Positions 35,298 to 41,812 of a stretch of 41,812 nucleotides of DNA are shown here, in pieces. The notes below the pieces were generated by a model. The model was not told the origin of the DNA, ran no database searches, and was given only the letters and a program-made list of their open reading frames with translations. Each line of letters opens with the position of its first letter. Position 1 is the first letter of the stretch. Origin of the DNA: Chiloscyllium plagiosum (taxonomy: Eukaryota); contig NC_057718.1 in NCBI RefSeq assembly GCF_004010195.1, positions 33,966,967 through 34,008,778 of the forward strand, in the 5' to 3' direction. The position numbers were made by a program, and so were the translations under genes.

Positions 35298-36147
35298 ATG
35301 AAGGTGAATAAAGGAAAAGGAGCAAAAGGAGTACAGCATGCAGGGCAATCCCCTACTGTGTCGGGGGTGCCCGCAGCCATTCCCCAAACTCCCAGGGTGG
35401 CCCGTTTGGATTTAATGGTGCAGCAGCATTTACTCCTGGAGTTTGCTAAACTCCAAGAAAAGATTGAGACAGCACTGGATCCGATCTCTGCCATGCTGAA
35501 GAAGCATGAGCAGGAGATCCAAACACTGGACCAATGAGTGGAAGTGGTCAAGCAGAGGACTGCAGCATCGAACACTGTGGCGGAGGTCTTAAGAGGACGG
35601 ATCCAAATGCTGGAAGACCAGGTTTGGATCTTTCAAGTACAAGTGGACAACCTGGAAAATAAAAGTAGAAGGAAAACCTATGGCTCGTGGGTCTCCCGGA
35701 GCGCGAAGAAGGCGAGGACCTCCTTGGTTTACTGGAGAAGTGGCTCCTGAAGTTCCTGAGGCTGGAGTTGGAGTCGGGCGGGTCAGTGTGGAGCGGGTCC
35801 ACCGGATCGCAATGCACAGGTCCGGGCCAGACCCACGCCCCTGTCCGGTCCTAGTGTGACTCCAAAAATTATAAAGAAAAAGTTAGTGATTGAAACAGCA
35901 AGAAGACTGGGAAGAGATCCACAGACTTTAATGCACAAAAGCTTAAGAACAATGTTCTTTCAAGACTTCTCTGGAGCCACAATTAAGAAGAGAAAGGCAT
36001 TTGATGAAGTCAAGAGGAACTTAAGGGACCTAAACATTCAATATCCCTTGAGGTATCTGGCGATGTTACCTTTCGCTTACGGACGGACAGACTATAATTT
36101 CAATTTGGCAGAAAAGGCCAAAAGACTTTGTGAACTCTTTGAAATAA
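35298..36147 (+). pseudogene. L1 ORF1 (coiled coil, RRM, CTD), disrupted
   Basis: ATG at 35298; coiled-coil then VDNLENKSRRK (DLENRSRRNN-like motif), FFQDFSGATIKKRKAFDEVK; in-frame stop at 35535 and frameshifts. Confidence 0.85.
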
Positions 36148-36737
36148 AGGTCTCTGGTTTAGGGGGCAGGAGCACTGTTATGGACAATGGTATAGTTTTT
36201 ATTTTTTTTCTCTGCCTCTTTTATCTTTCTCTCTCCCTTTGTGTGGTTATTGGTTTTATAGATTCTGTATTCCTTGGTGTAAAACCTGATTTATTTAACA
36301 TTTCAGTTGGTTGGTTATTGTCTGGTTTTTTTTTTGCTTTCCTTATCTGGATAGGGGTGGCTATACCTGTGGATGTATGGAGAAGAGATGTGAAGTGGGA
36401 GAGGGTGGGCATCTATTGGTAACTCTCAGGAACGTAAATAACATTTTCTGTTTGTCTATGAATTGCCTGGGAATGGGGCGTGGCCTCAGCTGGCAGTAGC
36501 CAGGATGGTTGCAAGAATTGGGAGGATCGTGCCCCCCTATGGGCAAAGGGGGAGTTCTGCATTGAATTGGGGTTTATTAGGGTGTTTGTTTAAGTTAAAT
36601 GTAGTGGTTAGTCTTTTATTTATAGTTGTTTTCACAGGAGTAATTTTTAGATTTTATAGACTTAAATGTTTTTCTCGCTTGCTACACCTCAGATAAGCTT
36701 CTTCCTCTTGGGAAGCCACGGGCTACCCTGGACGACC

Positions 36738-39700
36738 ATGGCTAGTGATCTGTTCAGGTGGTGCACCTGGAAATCAAAAGGGAGCCATTCCCCATTAAAA
36801 TAAAGAAAGTGCTGTCAAGCCTTAGGAAGGAAAGGATGGACATTGCCCTGCTGCAAGACACAAATTTAACTGATAAGGAACATCTGAAGCTGCAGCAGAA
36901 AGGTAATGATAGGGTATTCTCCTCCTCCTTTAGCTCCAAGAGTAGAGGAGTGGCTATACTGGTAAGAAGGAACCTCCAATTCCAGGTAACTGAGCAAATT
37001 ATGAACAAATATGGACGGTTCATCATTCTTAAAGCTCTAATACATGGAGAAGAGTATGGCGGCCTGAATGTTTATTGTCACCCAGCGCACCCTCTTAAAT
37101 TTCTAATTGATGCAGTTGCTAAATTAATTAATCTTGGGTACACCGTACGATTATAGGAGGGGATTTAACTGCCTAATGGATCCCGGAATTCACAGGATGC
37201 CAAGGGGCCCAGTCCATGGAATCTCAACAGTTGGTTGACTTGTGTGAGGAGTTGGGATTGGTGAATGTATGGAGGTATCTCCATCCTAATGGAAGAGACT
37301 TACTTTCTATTCCAACCCACACAAGTATCATATGTGAATTGACATGTTCCTTATGCCATTGGTCTATTTGGACAGAATATTGACTTGCAAAATTGGAAAT
37401 ATAACTAAATTAAGGATGCCGGAATAGATAGCACATGGGTCCATTCCTGTCAAGGGATAGCAAATGTGTTGAGTACATTACAAGAGAGTTGAGGGCCTTC
37501 TGGGATATCAACTCTGGTATGACCAGTAATCCATCAGTACTTTGGGAGACCACTAAGGCATGTTTACGAAGCCTGATCATTTCATATTCAACGATTAGAA
37601 AGAGACGGGACACGCAGCAACGGATGCTGAAGGTAGCTGAGGAAGCATATTATAATAGACCTTCATTGGTCAAGCTGCAGTGGGTGACAGCTCTCCGGGC
37701 TGCTCTTGACTCAGTGCACACACAAGTGGCAAAAAAAAAAGATTGTTTGAATTTGGAGATAAGCCAGGTAGATATCTGACTAGAAAGAAAAATGCTTCAC
37801 AATTCATTATATCTATCAGAGAGAGGGCTGGCACGGTTACCCGTGAGATGAAGATCAATGTTAGATTTAGGGAATACTTTGCAGAGTTATACTTGTCGGA
37901 GGGTGGCGAAGACAGTGCAGTGAGAATGCAGTCCTTTTTTGAGAACCTGGACCTGCCCAGTATAAACGTGAATGTCGGTACTGGAGGTGCAGGAAGCAAT
38001 AAAGCATCTCCAGCGTGGCAAAGCACCGGGACCAGATGGATTCCTGAGTGCGTTTTATAAGGAACTCATAAATGTGTTGGCGGAGTCACTTATGAGAATA
38101 TATAGTCATTCATATACACAGGATTGTCTTCCGCCCTCCCTTAGGGAGGCTAATATCTCCCTCATTTCAAAGAAGGGGAAACACCCCTGAAGAATGTGCT
38201 TCATGCAGACCAATTTCACTGTTGAATGTGGACTTGAAAATTCCGTCAAAGGTGCTGGCCCTGAGGTTGGAAAAGGTATTGCCCGATATTATAAAAGAAG
38301 ATCAAACGGGTTTTGTCAAAGGCTGCAGCTCCTCCAACAAGATCAGGAGAGTACTGAACATAGTGTAGGTTTCCCAGCAAAGATTGATGCCAGGTTTGGT
38401 GGCCTCCCTAGACATGGAAAAGGCACTTGACTGGATAGAATGGCCGTATCTGTTTGGGGTCCTGCGGGGACCCTTTGCCAGATGTATTGTATAATGATCC
38501 GAAGGCGACAGTTATCACAAACAGCACTAAGTCAGATAACGTTAGTATTGGGAGAGATAGCTGACAGGGATGTCCTTTCTCACCGCTGTCATTTACCTTG
38601 TTAATTGAGCCGTTAGCAAAGGCTATCAAGAAGGACCCTGAAATAGTGGCGCCAAGGGAGCATAAGATCACTCTATACGCTGAATATGTTGTTTTGTTCT
38701 TGACCAATCCGGAGAAATCCATACCCCAATTGATACAAAAAATAATTTATTTGGCAGTTTTTCAGGAGACAGAATCAACTTCACAAAATCCGAAGTCATG
38801 CCGTTTGGGGGGATTAGTGGAAGTGCCTGATCTGAAGAATGGAATGCATTTCCCATTTAGGTGGTTGTCAAATGGTTATTTTGCATTTGGGAATTTTTAT
38901 TACCCCTGCCTTCCACCAGTTGTATAAAGCTAACTATGCACAATTACTGGAGGGGATAAAACAGGATTTGCAGCGGTAGAAGGGATTACCGTTATCATGA
39001 TTAGGCCGAATAGTCCTGATTAAAATGAATGTTCTTCCTCACCTGTTGTACCCCATGAGAATGCTCCCATTGTTGCTACCCAGATGAGTGTTACGGAGGC
39101 TCAATGGTTGGCTTGGATCCTTCATTTGGTGTTGTAGGCGCTCCCTAATTAAATTTACCAAATTGCAGCTCCTGCAGGGTGAGGGGGGTGTGGACCTTCC
39201 AGACTTGAAGAGATAGCAAATAAGCGCTTTGTTAGCATATGTGGGTGACTGGGTATGGGGGATTCAGGGTCAATTTGGCTTGACGTTGAAGCCTCACATT
39301 CAAGATGTCCCATAGTTAATCAATTATTTATGGATAAGATGAAATCCGTGACCAAGCAGTTTAAGAGTCCAATCATTTTAAATACAGTGAAAGCCTGGAG
39401 AATAATGAGGCAAGACGAGGGCAATTGGCTTAAGACCTCGCCATTTACCCTGTTGGTGGGAGCTGAAGCATTTAAACTTGGGCAATGGACTCCGGCTCTA
39501 AGGCATGGGAGAATAAGGGAATCTCTTATTTGGGAGATTTCTTTGATGGGGAGGTCTCGATGTCATTTAGCCAACTAAGTCAGAAATATGGATTGTCTAA
39601 TAGGGACCTTATCCGATACTTTCAGACAAGGGATTATATACAGAGGAAGACCATGCTCCTGGCTCTGCCTTACAAGTCAGACATGGAGAAAAGAATGTTC

Positions 39701-40183
39701 TGGTGCACGGGTGCTCTTTCAGTTGGTATTTTGTATTATTTACAGAAAGGACCGTGCCTTAGGAGATGTGGAGAGATTCTGTAGGACTTGGAATCGGGAA
39801 CTAGGACAGGATATTTCATTGGAAACATGGGAAGATAGATGGAAAATGTAAGAAAATCTCAATATGTAACAAAGCACAGGCCATGCAATTAAAGATTTTA
39901 CACAGGGCTGATGGCACAGGCTGATGATGGAGCATCTCCCCCAAGACTACCTCACAAATATGGTGCACCACAAAATGGAGCAGTTTTAGAAGATGTGGTG
40001 GCCCTTTCTAAATTATACATACGCTGACTTATCGGCAATATTAACCAGGGTCTTGGTATAGCCATGGAAGTTAGATTGGGCAGCCTATGAGGCCCTGGGA
40101 GGGGAAAGCTGGGAAAATATGGATACAACGACTGGTGCTCCCAGGGGGTGGGAGCTTCAGTGGAGGAGCAATGGGTGAAATAG
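36738..40183 (+). pseudogene. L1 ORF2 (APE endonuclease and RT), disrupted
   Basis: MASDLFRWCTW; DIALLQDT, SKSRGVAILV, GRFII, GGDFN, GKAPGPDG, RPISLLNVD, QGCPFSPL, and YAEYV in place of YADDV; many stops, shifts and deletions. Confidence 0.9.
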
Positions 40184-41152
40184 AATAAAGTAATGTGATG
40201 CAATTTAAATTCATTTGAATTCAACTTAATTTAACTTATATTTAATTTGATTGTAGTTTAGTTTAAGTAGATACGTTTGTTCTGGTAGAATAGTAAGTAG
40301 TTTATTTTGAATAGTATTGTGATATGACACTGTTGTACTACCTCTATCTTTTTGTATTCTGGTATTTTTTATAAATACATAGTTATGCTTGAATTTGAAA
40401 AAGTTTTTAATAAAATTTTTTTTTAATTCAGATAGTTAGCTAAACTCCAACTGAGGTGTTCTGCAAACTGTACAGTACTGAAACTTAGAAATGACAAAAA
40501 ATCCAGACTAACACCAGCTTGTGGGCTTAACCCACATAAAGCAATACAAAATGTTGCTATCGAACTGACTTACTCATCAAGCAAAGTGGGCTAAGACTCC
40601 AGCCATTTTCATTTATGATGAAGGTCTTTCACTTGGTTCCAGACTTTAACAACAGGCAGCTTTAAAATGAGTGAGGATTCCTCACGAGGAGAATGGTTCA
40701 AAGGTTCATCAATTAGATATACCTTATTTTTACTTTTGAGCAGGTCAGAAGCTCAGTCATTCTGCACAAAAATGTAGGAAGGCAAATATGACAAACAAGA
40801 AATAAGAGGGGGTGAGGTGGAAAGTTACTAAAACATTTAGTTTAAAAACAACCTTCAGCATTATTCTTTATTTAGTGCCTTCCTTTTCTGTGGGTGGGGG
40901 GAAACACAATTTGGAAAGTCTAGAAAGAACCACCAGTAGATGATGCAATAAATAAAAATATTCTGTGGAGAAGACTGGGTGGGTAATAAGATAAATAGAA
41001 TAAGGATCAGCTCATTCAAAGGGGTGTGCTTTACCAAAAAGCATTGCTGAGGCTGTCCATTTAAAACAAAACCAAAGACCTGAATTTGCAGACACATTGT
41101 GAAGACCACAGGAAAATTCAGGAAAATTGTTCATTCTGACATCAAAAAAAGT

Positions 41153-41279
41153 TTCCTGCTGAAGATCTTATGCTCGAAACATTGATTCCGCTGCTCCCAG
41201 ATGCTACCTGACCGGCTGTACATCTCCAATGCCATACTTTTTGACTCTGATCTCCAGCATCTGCGTCCTCACTTTGTCC
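41153..41279 (+). mobile_element. Penelope-like pLTR with degenerate hammerhead core
   Basis: ttcCTGCTGAagatcttatgctcGAAACatt followed by the same pLTR body as 8067 and 15833. Confidence 0.75.
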
Positions 41280-41391
41280 CATTTGGCTGTCTGTGCTTTT
41301 CAAGTGCCACGTGAATTAGACACTGGGCTGAAAAAGCATAGCTTCAAATATCAATACAGATGGATTTCCAATTTTGATGGTATTAGGCAAG

Positions 41392-41812
41392 TCCCTCCAG
41401 ACTTGCCCCTCTCTGAGCCCCCAGGCCTAACCCCGCCCCCACATCCAGCTCCAGTCCCACACCAGGTCCTAGCTCCCCGCCCTGCCGTGTGTTCACCATC
41501 CCTCCAGACTTGCCCCTCTCTGAGGATGAAAGATCAGTCCTCAGCAGAGGTCTCACCTTCGTTCCCACACGTTCTCGGGTCAATGAATTCAATACACGGA
41601 GTGACACCGAACAATTCTTCCGCCGCCTTCGCCTCCGTGCCTTATTCTTCAATCAAGACTCTCGCCCACCCTCTGACCACCCCTTCTCCCACCTCCAACA
41701 CACCCCGTCCACCTGGACACCCCGTGCTGGCCTCCTACCTGCCCTCGACCTCTTCATAGCAAACTGCCGCCGCGATATTAACCGCTACCTGAACTCCCAC
41801 ACCCCTCCCACC
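41392..41812 (+). mobile_element. Penelope-like element ORF N-terminal region, running off the window end
   Basis: Stop-free frame VFTIPPDLPLSEDERSVLSRGLTFVPTRSRVNEFNTRSDTEQFFRRLRLRALFF...LDLFIANCRRDI; the L..E..VLS.GL.F.P motif is typical of PLE ORFs. Confidence 0.8.

Larger units (their letters stand above)
34839..40424 (+). mobile_element. L1-clade LINE, 5' end intact, decayed, with 13-bp TSD
   Basis: aattcagatagtt at 34826-34838 and 40425-40437; TTT/AAAA target context; 5' GGAGATCCAAGATGGCGGC; ORF1, ORF2 and 3' AATAAA (40409-40414). Confidence 0.92.

Noticed and set aside
41229..41759. 176-aa proline-rich ORF
   Set aside because: Off-frame reading across a pLTR, unique DNA and the C-rich Penelope ORF.
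1..41812. Prokaryotic-type systems (CRISPR arrays, operons, retrons, endogenous virus genes)
   Set aside because: No regularly spaced repeat-spacer array or gene-dense region; all RT-like ORFs are explained by CR1, L1 and Penelope retroelements.

Overview
Eukaryotic (vertebrate) genomic DNA. The HE1/V-SINE, Deu-SINE, CR1 and Penelope repeat complement points to a cartilaginous fish, most likely a shark (inference). The only host gene I can support is the 3' end of THADA on the + strand: a penultimate coding exon (29361-29527) and the terminal coding exon (32492-32821), with a likely poly(A) signal at 33165. Positions 1-29360 appear to be one long THADA intron. The rest is mostly transposable-element debris of very different ages: many CR1 LINE fragments, six HE1-type SINEs in two subfamilies, ancient Deu-domain SINEs, an L2 tail, Penelope-like elements, Harbinger remnants, a TA-flanked Tc1/mariner-type MITE, and a near full-length but decayed L1-clade LINE with a 13-bp TSD and a YY1 motif just downstream of THADA. 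The most notable item is a 164-bp Penelope-derived fold-back insertion (15833-15996) with a perfect 15-bp TSD and an intact minimal hammerhead-ribozyme core. Two assembly gaps (91 N, 500 N) are present. I see no convincing evidence of a wholly new biological system. Family names come from recalled motifs, not database searches, and boundaries of old repeats are approximate.
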